Assembly: GCF_024223415.1 (NCBI RefSeq)
Contig: NZ_CP100500.1
Length of the DNA: 64,000 bases
Source of the DNA: Escherichia coli
GTDB taxonomy: Bacteria; Pseudomonadota; Gammaproteobacteria; Enterobacterales; Enterobacteriaceae
Strand: one strand, 5' to 3'
The translations under genes were made by a program, and so were the position numbers. Below, in pieces: positions 26,134 through 39,376 of the stretch; the stretch's first letter is position 1; each line of letters begins with the position of its first letter. The notes under the pieces were generated by a model. It did no database searches. It was not told the DNA's origin and saw nothing but the letters and a program-made list of their open reading frames with translations.

Positions 26134-29100
26134 TTAGTCAAACGGCGGTGGGGCCAGCACTTCACGATTACCGTTGTGCCCCTGTTCGCTGACAATCCCC
26201 TGCGCTTCCATCTGTTCGATAATACGCGCTGCACGGTTATAACCAATGCGGAACTGACGCTGTACGCCAGAAATTGACGCTTTGCGTTTTTCAGTGACAA
26301 ACTGCACCGCCTGATCGAACAACGGATCCAGTTCTTCAGCGCCATCGAAACCACCCGCACCACCTTCGCTTTCGCTGTCGGAGGTGATGCCATCAACATA
26401 CTGTGGGCGACCACGCGCTTTCCAGTCCTGCACCACGGCATGAACTTCCTGATCGCGAACAAAAGCACCATGGACACGTACCGGCAACGTGGAGTTCGGC
26501 CCAGAGTAGAGCATATCCCCCATACCCAGCAGTGATTCCGCGCCAGCCTGATCAAGAATGGTACGTGAGTCAATCTTACTGGATACGGTAAAGGCGATAC
26601 GGGTCGGAATATTCGCTTTAATCAGACCAGTAATAACATCAACCGATGGACGCTGAGTTGCCAGTACGAGGTGGATACCCGCGGCACGGGCTTTTTGCGC
26701 CAGACGTGCTATCAGCTCTTCCACTTTTTTACCTACCGTCATCATCAGGTCGGCAAATTCATCCACCAGCACCACAATGTATGGCTCTTTTTTCAGCACC
26801 GGATGCTGAGCATCCATACTGTCACCCGGCTTCCAGTACGGGTCTGGAATCGGACGCATCATGCGATCGGCTTCAGCAATTTTTTCGTTATAACCCGCCA
26901 GATTACGCACACCCAGCGCAGACATCAGTTTATACCGACGCTCCATCTCGTTAACACACCAGCGCAGCGCGTTGGCGGCATCTTTCATATCAGTAACGAC
27001 TTCCGTTAACAGATGCGGAATGCCTTCATAAACCGAAAGCTCCAGCATTTTCGGGTCGATCATGATGAAACGCACATCTTCTGGCTGCGCTTTATAAAGC
27101 ATGCTCAGGATCATCGCGTTCACACCGACAGACTTACCGGAACCGGTAGTCCCCGCAACCAACAAGTGCGGCATTTTCGCCAGATCGGCAACCACCGGCT
27201 CACCGGCGATATCTTTACCCAGCACCACGGTTAATGGCGACGGATTATCGCGGAATTTGGCGTTATCCAATACTTCGCGCAGATAAACGGTTTGTCGTTT
27301 TTTATTCGGTAACTCCAGACCTACATAGGGTTTGCCAGGAATAACTTCAACGACACGCACCGCCACCGTCGAAAGTGAACGGGCAAGGTCCCGTGACAAG
27401 TTAGAAATGCGCGCCGCTTTTACGCCCGGTGCCAGGTTAAGTTCAAAGCGAGTGATAACCGGCCCCGGAGAGTAATTGACGACATCGGCTTTAATACGGA
27501 AATCAGCCAGACGTGCTTCCACCAGACGCGCCATTTGTTCAAGCGCAAAGGTATCTACCGGCTCCACTTCGCTCGGCGGCGGTGTCAGCAAATCCAGAGA
27601 AGGCAGCGGCGTCGTCGGTTTATGCAACGGACGGCTGTCGCCATTACGCATCAACAGCGGATGAAGCAGAGTATCCTGCGGCTGTGGCGCAACTGGCTGT
27701 TGCGGCTGCTGATATTGCGGCTGTGGTGCAGCCGATTGTTGTGGCTGCTGATACTGCGGCTGCGGCGCAACTGGCTGTTGCGGCTGCTGATATTGCGGCT
27801 GCGGTGCAACCGGTTGTTGCGGCTGCTGATATTGCTGCTGCGGTGCAACCGGTTGTTGCGGCTGCTGATATTGCTGCTGTGGCGCAACCGGCTGTTGTGG
27901 CTGCTGATACTGCTGCTGCGGTGCAACCGGTTGTTGCGGCTGCTGTACAGGTTCAACAATTGGCGTAAACAACGGTTCGTGTGGACCATCATCCAGCAAC
28001 GCTTTCATTGGCGAAAATTCAAAATCATCCAGCGAGAACGGATTCGCCCCAGCCGGTTGTTCGCCGGAATAACGTTGTTGTTGAGTTTGCGCAAACTGAC
28101 GAGCCAGTTCAGCCTCTGCCGCAGCATCTGCATCTTCTGCGTTTACGGGCACATCATGTTGATACTGTTCGCCATAGCGTTGCTGCTGTGTCTGGGCGAA
28201 CTGACGTGCCAGTTCATCCTGCTGCATCGCATCGATTTCATCATCGTTATACTGATCGCCAGAATCGTACTGATTGCGCTGGGCTTCACGGGCTTTTTCT
28301 TCCGCCGCACGCTGTGAGGGCAGCTTAATACCGTAAGACGCCAATTCACGACGAGTTGGCACGCGGATACGTTTCGGTCGTGGCAACTGCGGGCCAATCC
28401 CCTCTTTGACCTGCGGACGCGGTCCACCGCTATTTGCCAGACTGAAGACTGGCGCGGCAACGGTTGCGGCAGCCCCCGTCGCCAGTGTCGCTTTTTTCAC
28501 GCCAGATGCCAGCGGAGAAACAGCGGCAGCGGCTTCTACTGGAGGTACTGCTGCAACAGAAGGTGCTTTCAGCGAAGATTTGATCGGTTCTGGTTCTTTA
28601 ACCGGTTCTGGAATCGGTTGATACCAGGCCGCAAGTTGTTCACGTTCACGGGCTCGCTTCTCTTCCACTTCTTCAAAGTAGTAAAGCGGCGGACGCGCGG
28701 GTTTTGTCTCTTCTACAACGGGTTCAGGCTCCACAATAGGCTGCTGTTCAACAGGTTGCTGCTGTTGGTACAACGGCTCCTGAGCGGCTGGCTGCTGATA
28801 AGTTTGCTCAGTCTGGTATGTAGACTGTGGAGCAAAAGTGGATTGCTGCTCTTCGGCTTGCCAGGCGTTACCTGCCACCGGTTGTTCTGGCGCAGGGGCA
28901 TAATACGGCTGTTGCGCAGGCTGTTCCGGCGCAGTTGCGTAATACGGTTGCTGAACAGGTTGTTCCGCCGCAGGAGCGTAGTAAGGTTGTTGCGCAGGTT
29001 GTTCAGCTGCAGGTGCATAATACGGCTGCTGCGGCTGTACTGGTTGTTGCAGCGGCTCATTATATTGCACTGCAGGCTGCGCATATTGTGACTGCTGTGG

Positions 29101-30240
29101 GTAACCTTCCGGTGCAGGAGCAATAACCGGCTCTCCCGTTTGTGGACCCGGTACAGGCTGCCAGGCTACTGTAGGTTGCGCAGGTGGAACATCAACAGAG
29201 GCAACAGGTGGCGTCTGAGTCACAGGTTCAACCGGTGCAGCCCAGCTTTGCGTCGCCGTGGTAGCAGCAGCTGCTACAGCGACAGGTTCGGTAATTGGCG
29301 CACCGTTTAATAATGGATCGTATTCGTCATATTCTGGCTGCGTTGCACGATTGCCCGAAAATAGGACGTCGTCCGGGTCGGCAGCCACACCGCGTGCAGT
29401 GTAGGTAATCTCTTCGTCATCATCCATCCGCTTACCGGAGAACAACGCAGCGTCTGTTTGCCGCCCCATCGGATTAATGAATTTTTCCGCCAACCGTTTA
29501 CGACGCGCTAGCGCGCCGCGAAGAATACGGGCACGGCGTGATTCATGCTGTTTGCCGTGATTTTCATCTTCATACTCTTCGTCGTCTTCATACTCATCTT
29601 CATCGACCCAGGTATCATCGCGACGGGTACGATTACTGGCGAAGGTGAGAATGTTTAAAATCCAGCCGCCGAGTTTTTCAGCAATGGTCACCCATGACCA
29701 ACCGGTGAACAACGTCAGGCCCGCTGCCCAAACGCAGAGCAGCGCAATAGTTCCCCCGCTACTGTGTAGCAGTGGTTGTAGCGTAGTGCTTAGTAAGCTG
29801 CCAATGACGCCACCGGAGGCAAAATACCAGATATCGTCAGCGTTGATTGCCGCCAGACCACAGGAGGTAAGGATGAGCGCCAAAACGCCAATGATGCGTA
29901 GCGAAACGGCAAAATAATCAATGTATTCGTCGCTGGACTGATGACGCCAGGCAAACCAACAACCGCCGACAATAATGACGGGAATGGTGTAAGCCATCAC
30001 GCCAAAAATAAAGAACAGCGTATCTGCCAACCACGCACCGGGCATCCCACCTAAATTATGGATAGGTTCATGCCAGGCCGTTTGCGACCAGCTGGGGTCC
30101 GAAGGGTTAAAGCTTAGTAAGGCAGCCATCAACCAGACGGCAAACAGGACAATAAGGATCAGCAACGCCTCCAGAAGGCGGCGGCCGCTACTTAACTTTG
30201 TCAATGTGACTTCTTTGTCTTCAGTGTATTCCTGGCTCAA
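26134..30240 (-). CDS. ftsK: DNA translocase FtsK
   Basis: 1368 aa: N-terminal membrane domain, Pro/Gln-rich linker, C-terminal motor with Walker A GTTGSGKS. Confidence 0.95.
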   Translation of the reverse strand: MSQEYTEDKEVTLTKLSSGRRLLEALLILIVLFAVWLMAALLSFNPSDPSWSQTAWHEPIHNLGGMPGAWLADTLFFIFGVMAYTIPVIIVGGCWFAWRHQSSDEYIDYFAVSLRIIGVLALILTSCGLAAINADDIWYFASGGVIGSLLSTTLQPLLHSSGGTIALLCVWAAGLTLFTGWSWVTIAEKLGGWILNILTFASNRTRRDDTWVDEDEYEDDEEYEDENHGKQHESRRARILRGALARRKRLAEKFINPMGRQTDAALFSGKRMDDDEEITYTARGVAADPDDVLFSGNRATQPEYDEYDPLLNGAPITEPVAVAAAATTATQSWAAPVEPVTQTPPVASVDVPPAQPTVAWQPVPGPQTGEPVIAPAPEGYPQQSQYAQPAVQYNEPLQQPVQPQQPYYAPAAEQPAQQPYYAPAAEQPVQQPYYATAPEQPAQQPYYAPAPEQPVAGNAWQAEEQQSTFAPQSTYQTEQTYQQPAAQEPLYQQQQPVEQQPIVEPEPVVEETKPARPPLYYFEEVEEKRAREREQLAAWYQPIPEPVKEPEPIKSSLKAPSVAAVPPVEAAAAVSPLASGVKKATLATGAAATVAAPVFSLANSGGPRPQVKEGIGPQLPRPKRIRVPTRRELASYGIKLPSQRAAEEKAREAQRNQYDSGDQYNDDEIDAMQQDELARQFAQTQQQRYGEQYQHDVPVNAEDADAAAEAELARQFAQTQQQRYSGEQPAGANPFSLDDFEFSPMKALLDDGPHEPLFTPIVEPVQQPQQPVAPQQQYQQPQQPVAPQQQYQQPQQPVAPQQQYQQPQQPVAPQPQYQQPQQPVAPQPQYQQPQQSAAPQPQYQQPQQPVAPQPQDTLLHPLLMRNGDSRPLHKPTTPLPSLDLLTPPPSEVEPVDTFALEQMARLVEARLADFRIKADVVNYSPGPVITRFELNLAPGVKAARISNLSRDLARSLSTVAVRVVEVIPGKPYVGLELPNKKRQTVYLREVLDNAKFRDNPSPLTVVLGKDIAGEPVVADLAKMPHLLVAGTTGSGKSVGVNAMILSMLYKAQPEDVRFIMIDPKMLELSVYEGIPHLLTEVVTDMKDAANALRWCVNEMERRYKLMSALGVRNLAGYNEKIAEADRMMRPIPDPYWKPGDSMDAQHPVLKKEPYIVVLVDEFADLMMTVGKKVEELIARLAQKARAAGIHLVLATQRPSVDVITGLIKANIPTRIAFTVSSKIDSRTILDQAGAESLLGMGDMLYSGPNSTLPVRVHGAFVRDQEVHAVVQDWKARGRPQYVDGITSDSESEGGAGGFDGAEELDPLFDQAVQFVTEKRKASISGVQRQFRIGYNRAARIIEQMEAQGIVSEQGHNGNREVLAPPPFD
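27680..27950 (-). repeat. Tandem 42-bp repeats encoding the PQ-rich FtsK linker
   Basis: About 6 near-identical units ([14 protein letters not shown]) visible as repeated ctgcggctgctgatattgcggctg... Confidence 0.8.
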
Positions 30241-30374
30241 GAAAGGCTCTCCAGGTTACAGGCTTTTCCTGCCCGATGCTAAAACGGACAACAGTACCAG
30301 GTTACCCCAGTACTGTTGCTGTATGGATTAACAGGAGTGTAATCAAAATACGCCGATTTTGCACCTGTTCCGTG

Positions 30375-30869
30375 TTAGCGCGTCTTAATAACCAGACGAT
30401 TACTCTGCTTGACTTCTTCCATAACAACGTATGTCCGTGTGTCATTGACGCCAGGCAGACGCAGCAGGGTTTCCCCCAGCAACTTACGGTAAGCTGACAT
30501 ATCCGGCACGCGTGTTTTCAACAGGTAGTCGAAATCACCGGATACTAAATGACACTCCTGAATTTCTTCAAGTTTTTGTACAGCGGTATTGAATTGTTCA
30601 AACACATCCGGTGCGCCACGATTCAGAGTAATCTCAACGAATACCAGAAGTGATGCATCCAGATAATGGGGGTTCAGCAGCGCCGTATAGCCCTGAATAA
30701 ACCCTTGTCTTTCCAGCCGACGCACACGCTCAAGGCACGGCGTTGGGGAAAGTCCCACACGTTTAGAAAGCTCGACGTTAGAAATACGCCCATCCTTTTG
30801 CAACTCATTAAGAATGTTACGATCGATACGGTCGAGATCTTTGCCAGGGCGCTTCTTGCTATCTACCAT
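30375..30869 (-). CDS. lrp: Leucine-responsive regulatory protein
   Basis: 164 aa from MVDSKKRPGKDLDRIDRNILNELQKDGRIS; AsnC-family HTH. Confidence 0.95.
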   Translation of the reverse strand: MVDSKKRPGKDLDRIDRNILNELQKDGRISNVELSKRVGLSPTPCLERVRRLERQGFIQGYTALLNPHYLDASLLVFVEITLNRGAPDVFEQFNTAVQKLEEIQECHLVSGDFDYLLKTRVPDMSAYRKLLGETLLRLPGVNDTRTYVVMEEVKQSNRLVIKTR

Positions 30870-31296
30870 TATTATTGTCTCTCTGTATTCCTTCCCTACT
30901 CCTGTCTGACCCTGAAACATCACTGTTCAGAGTCGCTACCCGTCACGATAGACCGAAATCATGAAGATTCACGGCGCGCAATGCCTGGGTCTACGGTGAG
31001 AAGACCGTTGCCTTGTGGCAGCTATCGACATCACGAATGGCGTCTGTCCACGCCATACGTAGATTTCACTAGCACGGTAAACATGGTATTTACATGCATG
31101 GTTATGCGCATATAAGAATACTGTTTTTTTTCTTCCTCGAATGTTTTCGCAAAACACCAGGGGATTGTCAAAGCAAAACATCGATTTTTAGTACAACATG
31201 CCAGATATTCATTAACAGGGGCGTTTATTCATCATTTAATCGGCTTATAAAGCGGGAAATTTAAGTAGCAGAGGTGATAATGACGGGAGAATTTGA

Positions 31297-32379
<1,083 letters not shown>

Positions 32380-32501
32380 TTTTACAAATCAGTAACAAAA
32401 GTAAAGAAGGCGACACCATGCGACTATGGGTCGCCTTTATTTTTTCCCCGTTGTAACATTGCTCTGCAAATAATTCTGATAACTCACCTGCTAAGCGTGC
32501 A

Positions 32502-34268
32502 ATGAATAAATCTCGTCAAAAAGAGTTAACCCGCTGGTTAAAACAGCAAAGCGTCATCTCCCAACGTTGGCTGAATATTTCTCGTCTGCTGGGCTTTGTG
32601 AGCGGCATATTGATCATTGCCCAGGCATGGTTCATGGCGCGAATTCTGCAACATATGATTATGGAGAATATTCCCCGTGAAGCCCTGCTGCTTCCCTTTA
32701 CGTTACTGGTTCTGACCTTTGTACTGCGCGCATGGGTGGTCTGGTTACGCGAACGGGTGGGTTATCACGCCGGGCAGCATATCCGCTTTGCCATCCGCCG
32801 TCAGGTTCTCGACCGTCTGCAACAAGCAGGGCCAGCGTGGATTCAGGGTAAACCTGCGGGGAGCTGGGCGACGCTGGTACTCGAGCAAATTGACGATATG
32901 CATGATTACTATGCACGCTATCTGCCGCAAATGGCGCTGGCAGTGTCGGTGCCGTTGCTGATTGTGGTGGCGATCTTCCCCTCTAACTGGGCTGCGGCGC
33001 TCATTCTGCTGGGCACAGCACCGCTAATTCCGTTGTTTATGGCGCTGGTTGGAATGGGGGGTGCCGATGCTAACCGACGTAACTTTCTCGCTCTTGCTCG
33101 CTTAAGTGGGCATTTCCTCGATCGCCTGCGCGGCATGGAAACATTGCGTATTTTTGGTCGTGGTGAAGCTGAAATTGAAAGTATTCGTTCTGCTTCGGAA
33201 GATTTCCGCCAACGGACAATGGAAGTGCTACGGCTGGCGTTTTTATCCTCCGGCATTCTCGAATTTTTTACCTCGCTGTCAATTGCTCTGGTGGCGGTCT
33301 ACTTTGGTTTTTCCTATCTCGGCGAGCTGGATTTTGGTCACTACGATACTGGCGTGACGCTGGCTGCGGGTTTTCTGGCCCTGATCCTTGCGCCAGAGTT
33401 TTTCCAGCCATTACGCGATCTCGGTACGTTTTATCATGCTAAAGCCCAGGCTGTTGGCGCAGCTGACAGTCTGAAAACGTTTATGGAAACCCCGCTCGCC
33501 CATCCGCAGCGCGGTGAGGCGGAATTAGCATCGACCGATCCGGTGACCATTGAGGCCGAGGATCTGTTTATCACGTCGCCGGAAGGTAAAACGCTGGCCG
33601 GACCGCTGAACTTTACTTTGCCAGCAGGCCAACGTGCAGTGTTGGTTGGTCGCAGCGGTTCAGGTAAAAGCTCACTGCTGAACGTGCTTTCTGGTTTTCT
33701 CTCATATCAGGGATCATTACGAATCAACGGGATAGAATTACGTGATTTATCACCAGAATCATGGCGTAAACATCTCTCCTGGGTTGGGCAAAACCCACAA
33801 TTACCGGCAGCAACATTGCGGGATAACGTACTACTGGCGCGACCTGATGCCAGCGAACAAGAATTACAAGCAGCGCTGGATAACGCCTGGGTCAGCGAGT
33901 TTCTACCGCTCCTGCCACAAGGCGTTGATACACCTGTTGGCGACCAGGCTGCCCGCCTTTCCGTGGGGCAGGCGCAGCGCGTGGCGGTGGCCCGTGCGTT
34001 ACTAAATCCCTGTTCGCTATTACTGTTGGATGAACCCGCTGCCAGCCTTGATGCTCACAGTGAACAGCGCGTAATGGAGGCGCTGAATGCCGCCTCTCTG
34101 CGTCAGACAACGTTAATGGTCACCCACCAGTTAGAAGATCTTGCTGACTGGGATGTCATTTGGGTTATGCAGGATGGCCGGATTATTGAGCAAGGACGTT
34201 ACGCGGAATTAAGTGTGGCTGGTGGCCCATTCGCCACATTACTTGCCCATCGTCAGGAGGAGATTTAA
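32502..34268 (+). CDS. cydD: Cysteine/glutathione ABC exporter subunit CydD
   Basis: 588 aa; TMD plus NBD (GRSGSGKSSL). Confidence 0.92.
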   Translation: MNKSRQKELTRWLKQQSVISQRWLNISRLLGFVSGILIIAQAWFMARILQHMIMENIPREALLLPFTLLVLTFVLRAWVVWLRERVGYHAGQHIRFAIRRQVLDRLQQAGPAWIQGKPAGSWATLVLEQIDDMHDYYARYLPQMALAVSVPLLIVVAIFPSNWAAALILLGTAPLIPLFMALVGMGGADANRRNFLALARLSGHFLDRLRGMETLRIFGRGEAEIESIRSASEDFRQRTMEVLRLAFLSSGILEFFTSLSIALVAVYFGFSYLGELDFGHYDTGVTLAAGFLALILAPEFFQPLRDLGTFYHAKAQAVGAADSLKTFMETPLAHPQRGEAELASTDPVTIEAEDLFITSPEGKTLAGPLNFTLPAGQRAVLVGRSGSGKSSLLNVLSGFLSYQGSLRINGIELRDLSPESWRKHLSWVGQNPQLPAATLRDNVLLARPDASEQELQAALDNAWVSEFLPLLPQGVDTPVGDQAARLSVGQAQRVAVARALLNPCSLLLLDEPAASLDAHSEQRVMEALNAASLRQTTLMVTHQLEDLADWDVIWVMQDGRIIEQGRYAELSVAGGPFATLLAHRQEEI

Positions 34269-35990
34269 ATGCGCGCTTTGCTACCCTATCTGGCACTGTA
34301 TAAACGTCATAAATGGATGTTAAGTCTTGGTATTGTGCTGGCAATTGTGACGCTGCTCGCCAGTATCGGTCTGTTGACACTTTCCGGCTGGTTCCTCTCG
34401 GCCTCAGCGGTTGCGGGGGTTGCCGGACTGTACAGCTTCAACTATATGCTACCCGCTGCGGGCGTGCGTGGTGCAGCAATCACCCGTACTGCCGGGCGTT
34501 ATTTTGAACGTCTGGTAAGTCACGACGCGACTTTCCGCGTGTTGCAGCATCTGCGCATTTACACCTTCAGCAAATTGTTGCCCCTCTCCCCTGCCGGACT
34601 GGCGCGCTATCGTCAGGGCGAATTGCTCAACCGCGTGGTGGCGGATGTTGATACGCTCGATCATCTTTACCTGCGCGTTATCTCGCCGCTGGTGGGCGCT
34701 TTTGTGGTGATTATGGTGGTGACAATCGGGTTAAGTTTCCTTGATTTCACCCTCGCCTTTACGCTGGGCGGCATTATGTTACTGACGCTTTTCCTGATGC
34801 CACCGCTGTTTTATCGTGCGGGAAAAAGCACCGGGCAAAATCTGACTCATCTTCGCGGACAGTATCGCCAACAACTGACGGCCTGGCTGCAAGGGCAAGC
34901 TGAGCTGACCATTTTTGGTGCCAGCGATCGTTATCGCACGCAACTAGAGAATACAGAAATTCAATGGCTGGAAGCGCAACGCCGTCAATCTGAACTGACC
35001 GCATTGTCGCAAGCGATAATGCTGCTCATTGGCGCGTTAGCGGTGATCCTGATGCTGTGGATGGCGTCTGGCGGCGTTGGCGGCAATGCTCAACCCGGCG
35101 CGTTAATTGCCCTGTTTGTCTTCTGCGCGTTAGCCGCGTTTGAAGCACTGGCACCAGTAACGGGTGCATTTCAGCATCTGGGGCAAGTCATTGCCTCTGC
35201 CGTTCGGATCACTGATTTAACGGATCAAAAACCGGAGGTCACCTTCCCTGATACCCAAACTCGTGTTGCCGATCGCGTTTCGCTGACGTTACGGGATGTT
35301 CAGTTCACTTATCCGGAGCAATCTCAACAGGCACTTAAAGGGATTTCTCTTCAGGTAAACGCCGGGGAACATATAGCGATTCTCGGGCGAACCGGATGCG
35401 GCAAATCAACACTGTTACAACTGCTGACCCGCGCATGGGACCCGCAACAGGGCGAGATTTTGCTTAACGATAGCCCCATATCCAGCCTGAATGAAGCGGC
35501 TCTACGACAGACCATCAGCGTTGTTCCTCAGCGAGTGCATCTGTTTAGCGCCACGCTGCGTGATAATCTGTTACTCGCCTCGCCTGGCAGTAGTGATGAG
35601 GCTCTGTCGGAGATCTTGCGTCGCGTTGGTCTGGAGAAGCTGCTCGAGGATGCAGGTCTCAACAGTTGGTTAGGTGAAGGCGGACGCCAGCTCTCCGGTG
35701 GTGAACTGCGCCGTCTGGCTATCGCCCGTGCGCTGTTACATGATGCGCCACTGGTGTTGCTGGATGAACCTACCGAAGGCTTAGATGCCACAACCGAAAG
35801 CCAGATCCTTGAATTGCTTGCAGAAATGATGCGTGAGAAAACGGTGTTAATGGTCACCCATCGACTTCGCGGACTCTCTCGTTTCCAACAAATAATAGTG
35901 ATGGACAACGGGCAAATTATTGAGCAAGGTACTCACGCAGAACTGCTTGCCAGACAGGGGCGTTATTACCAGTTCAAGCAGGGTTTGTAA
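34269..35990 (+). CDS. cydC: Cysteine/glutathione ABC exporter subunit CydC
   Basis: 573 aa; TMD plus NBD (GRTGCGKSTL); adjacent to cydD. Confidence 0.92.
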   Translation: MRALLPYLALYKRHKWMLSLGIVLAIVTLLASIGLLTLSGWFLSASAVAGVAGLYSFNYMLPAAGVRGAAITRTAGRYFERLVSHDATFRVLQHLRIYTFSKLLPLSPAGLARYRQGELLNRVVADVDTLDHLYLRVISPLVGAFVVIMVVTIGLSFLDFTLAFTLGGIMLLTLFLMPPLFYRAGKSTGQNLTHLRGQYRQQLTAWLQGQAELTIFGASDRYRTQLENTEIQWLEAQRRQSELTALSQAIMLLIGALAVILMLWMASGGVGGNAQPGALIALFVFCALAAFEALAPVTGAFQHLGQVIASAVRITDLTDQKPEVTFPDTQTRVADRVSLTLRDVQFTYPEQSQQALKGISLQVNAGEHIAILGRTGCGKSTLLQLLTRAWDPQQGEILLNDSPISSLNEAALRQTISVVPQRVHLFSATLRDNLLLASPGSSDEALSEILRRVGLEKLLEDAGLNSWLGEGGRQLSGGELRRLAIARALLHDAPLVLLDEPTEGLDATTESQILELLAEMMREKTVLMVTHRLRGLSRFQQIIVMDNGQIIEQGTHAELLARQGRYYQFKQGL

Positions 35991-36031
35991 GCTATTATTG
36001 AACGATCCGACTTGCGTGGAGTTTTGCGGTC

Positions 36032-36736
36032 ATGCGCCTGGTTCAGCTTTCTCGCCATTCAATAGCCTTCCCTTCCCCGGAAGGCGCATTACGTGAGCCT
36101 AACGGCCTGCTGGCACTTGGGGGCGATCTTAGCCCTGCGCGCCTGTTAATGGCTTACCAGCGTGGTATTTTTCCGTGGTTTTCTCCAGGCGACCCCATCC
36201 TCTGGTGGTCGCCAGATCCCCGCGCGGTGCTATGGCCAGAATCACTGCATATCAGCCGTAGTATGAAGCGATTTCATAAACGCTCGCCCTATCGTGTCAC
36301 GATGAATTACGCTTTTGGTCAGGTCATTGAAGGCTGTGCCAGCGATCGCGAAGAAGGAACCTGGATCACGCGTGGCGTGGTCGAAGCCTACCATCGCCTT
36401 CACGAACTCGGTCATGCCCACTCCATTGAAGTCTGGCGTGAAGATGAGCTTGTCGGCGGTATGTACGGCGTGGCCCAGGGAACGCTATTTTGTGGCGAGT
36501 CCATGTTCAGCCGGATGGAAAATGCGTCTAAAACGGCGCTTCTGGTATTCTGTGAGGAATTTATCGGTCATGGCGGTAAGCTTATCGACTGCCAGGTCCT
36601 TAACGATCACACAGCATCGCTTGGTGCCTGCGAAATTCCCCGCCGGGATTACCTTAATTATCTCAATCAAATGCGCCTCGGACGATTGCCGAATAATTTC
36701 TGGGTACCACGATGCTTGTTTTCACCACAAGAATGA
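36032..36736 (+). CDS. aat: Leucyl/phenylalanyl-tRNA-protein transferase
   Basis: 234 aa, matches E. coli Aat N-terminus [20 protein letters not shown]. Confidence 0.93.
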
Positions 36737-37017
36737 ATGTTTTCGGCACATTTCTCCCCAGAGTGTTATAATTGCGGTCGCAGAGTTGGTTACGCTCATT
36801 ACCCCGCTGCCGATAAGGAATTTTTCGCGTCAGGTAACGCCCATCGTTTATCTCACCGCTCCCTTATACGTTGCGCTTTTGGTGCGGCTTAGCCGTGTGT
36901 TTTCGGAGTAATGTGCCGAACCTGTTTGTTGCGATTTAGCGCGCAAATCTTTACTTATTTACAGAACTTCGGCATTATCTTGCCGGTTCAAATTACGGTA
37001 GTGATACCCCAGAGGAT

Positions 37018-37239
<222 letters not shown>

Positions 37240-37492
37240 TTGTTTTACCGCCTGATGGGCGAAGAGAAAGAACGAGTAAAAGGTCGGTTTAACCGGCCTT
37301 TTTATTTTGTGATATGTAGGAAGTACTTTGGAAGTATAAGTCCATAACTTGTCTCGATGTAGATATACTGCACAACTTGTTTACAGTATGAGCAAACAAT
37401 AATTATCATTAAAATTCTTCTTGACCGTTTTACTCCAACTCCCTATAGTAGCGCCCCGTTGCCCCCCATGAGGTCAGGCAACAAAACAATTT

Positions 37493-37580
37493 GGTGAGGT
37501 GTCCGAGTGGCTGAAGGAGCACGCCTGGAAAGTGTGTATACGGCAACGTATCGGGGGTTCGAATCCCCCCCTCACCGCCA
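37493..37580 (+). tRNA. serW: tRNA-Ser (anticodon GGA)
   Basis: 88-nt GGTGAGGTGTCCGAGTGGCTGAAGGAGCACGCCTGGAAAGTGTG...GGTTCGAATCCCCCCCTCACCGCCA with long variable arm; downstream of infA as for serW. Confidence 0.93.
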
Positions 37581-37587
37581 GATATTG

Positions 37588-37622
37588 AGCGCATGTTATT
37601 GTTTAACATGCGCTTTTTTTAT
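37588..37622 (+). terminator. Intrinsic terminator after tRNA-Ser
   Basis: gagcgcatgtta ttg tttaacatgcgc followed by ttttttt. Confidence 0.6.
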
Positions 37623-37731
37623 TTTTCCTTCCAGGCAGTATGCCACAGGGTATGCCATCTGAAACCGGTTTGTATGAGCCTCGATCACATCTTATCAGAC
37701 AATTTCCGATCTTTGAGCATACAGGGCAAAG

Positions 37732-38574
37732 CTATACTGCCAGCATGTCAGGATAGTGTCTGACGATAATATCATTCAGTCTGTCAACCAGTTCCGGTTT
37801 CCTGAACGTGATATGCGCGGAGCCTTTCCTGAAGTATCTGATGCTGAACATCTCATCCTCATAGCATGCTTCACCCTGAACGGACCGGATGTGCTCATCC
37901 AGACGAATGAGGATATTGTCCCGGTCAGTGGGTATGGGTTTACCGCTGAACAGATACAGTATCCTTTCCAGGTCGGCAAGCCGCCCGGCCTGCGGACCAT
38001 GGTTCAGACCAAATACCCACCAGTCCCATTTCACCAGGTTGTTGAGGATAATCTTACTGCCGAATTTACAGGGTGACCCGCTGTTGTGCGTCCGGCTCAG
38101 TCCTCTGAAGAGGTTGATGACGCCCCGTTCAGCCATTTCATCCCTGTTACGGTGCAGTTGTTCAGACGTACTCAGGATATTCGCTTCGCTGATTTCCGGA
38201 AAATTATCCTCCTCCAGTGAACGGTACCATTCATCACGCGCCTGTGCATCCATCAGACTCAGCATCCCGGAGCGTTGCATCAGGTCACGCCAGATTTCAC
38301 GGTCAAGGTTCCGGGTGATGGCTTTCATTGCGGTTTCCGGTTTTTCCATCAGCCAGCAGCCACAGCGAAAATCCTGTTTCACGGCCCAGTCCCGGGCCGT
38401 TTTACCTCCGATGCTTTCTGTCATTACTGAGATTTCTGCCAGTTGCCGGATAAGCCTTTCGGTTTGTTGCAGTGCTTCATTCCGTACCGTCACAACGTGC
38501 CGGATACTGGTTGAGCAGATAACGTCCGTATGTCCGTTAAGCGTTTCCGGACGGGAGACTGTGATATCAGACAT
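37732..38574 (-). CDS. Hypothetical island protein (280 aa), possibly DUF4942-type
   Basis: Long ORF at the tRNA-proximal end of the island; family assignment from memory only. Confidence 0.4.
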   Translation of the reverse strand: MSDITVSRPETLNGHTDVICSTSIRHVVTVRNEALQQTERLIRQLAEISVMTESIGGKTARDWAVKQDFRCGCWLMEKPETAMKAITRNLDREIWRDLMQRSGMLSLMDAQARDEWYRSLEEDNFPEISEANILSTSEQLHRNRDEMAERGVINLFRGLSRTHNSGSPCKFGSKIILNNLVKWDWWVFGLNHGPQAGRLADLERILYLFSGKPIPTDRDNILIRLDEHIRSVQGEACYEDEMFSIRYFRKGSAHITFRKPELVDRLNDIIVRHYPDMLAV

Positions 38575-38670
38575 AACCGATATTCCTTTTTGCAGATAAA
38601 TGAAAACGCCAGCCGTATTCGGACTGGCGTCAGTGGAATGAATCGTGGTGAGTGAGATGATGAGTGAGAC

Positions 38671-38868
38671 TCACAGGTTCTGGTGCTGAAGCTGCAGCTG
38701 GCGCAGGGTGCGGATATCCTCCCTGGCCTGTTCGATACAGGGCAACAGTGCTGCCGAATCCGTTTTATCCTCATCGTTGTCGAAGATAATGCAGGAGCCG
38801 CAGTCGATATTGTCCTGCAGCCACGCAATCAGAATATCCGGTGCTGTTTCTGTGGTTAATGATTTCAT
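38671..38868 (-). CDS. Hypothetical small protein (65 aa)
   Basis: ATG at 38868; Cys-containing acidic protein MKSLTTETAPDILIAWLQDNIDCGSCIIFDNDEDK. Confidence 0.3.
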   Translation of the reverse strand: MKSLTTETAPDILIAWLQDNIDCGSCIIFDNDEDKTDSAALLPCIEQAREDIRTLRQLQLQHQNL

Positions 38869-38887
38869 ACGGTGTCTTTTGTCCCGG

Positions 38888-39376
38888 TTACCAGTCGAAA
38901 GTGGGAAAACCCGGCAGACATTCAGCGCCGGCATCCAGATGAATGAGACTGACGCCATAACGCCGGATGAGAGTGACAACCAGACGACGAAACGTTTTTG
39001 ACAGACCCAGGCGTTTAAGCCGCAGAGCCGGGTACGACCACGCATCAGTACGTAACAGATATCCGCTGCCTGTAAAATGAATCCATTCTGATTCGCCGTT
39101 GTCATTCGTCTGATGCGACAGCGAGTACAGCCAGGCATTGTCCTGCTCCGTGATATGTGCGGTACTGCAGCGTATGCCGGTAAGGGCCGCAAATGGTGGC
39201 ATGCAGTCTGCTGAGGTCCGGTCAGATTCATCAGCAACACGAAGGGAACAGCCATTATCGCAGACCACGTTAATCAGTTCAGCGAGATTAACACCATCGA
39301 CGTCAGCGACAATGCGCCCCATGTTCAGTGCCTGTACGTTAACGCTGTCGGCTTCCAGTGTCAGGGACAGTTTCAT
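38888..39376 (-). CDS. Hypothetical protein (162 aa) translationally coupled to cbtA (YeeW-position)
   Basis: Start overlaps cbtA stop (ATGA). Confidence 0.35.
   Translation of the reverse strand: MKLSLTLEADSVNVQALNMGRIVADVDGVNLAELINVVCDNGCSLRVADESDRTSADCMPPFAALTGIRCSTAHITEQDNAWLYSLSHQTNDNGESEWIHFTGSGYLLRTDAWSYPALRLKRLGLSKTFRRLVVTLIRRYGVSLIHLDAGAECLPGFPTFDW

Noticed and set aside
27513-29126. Multiple 100-260-aa ORFs on both strands within ftsK (e.g. 27535-28317, 27651-27992, 28618-29091)
   Set aside because: All fall in the tandem-repeat linker region; their sequences are repeat-driven (poly-LLR, poly-AAD) and overlap a well-supported essential gene.
37889-38599. 236-aa plus-strand ORF opposite the 280-aa island gene
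   Set aside because: Ser/Arg-rich antisense frame; the minus-strand ORF has the more protein-like composition and a proper start context.
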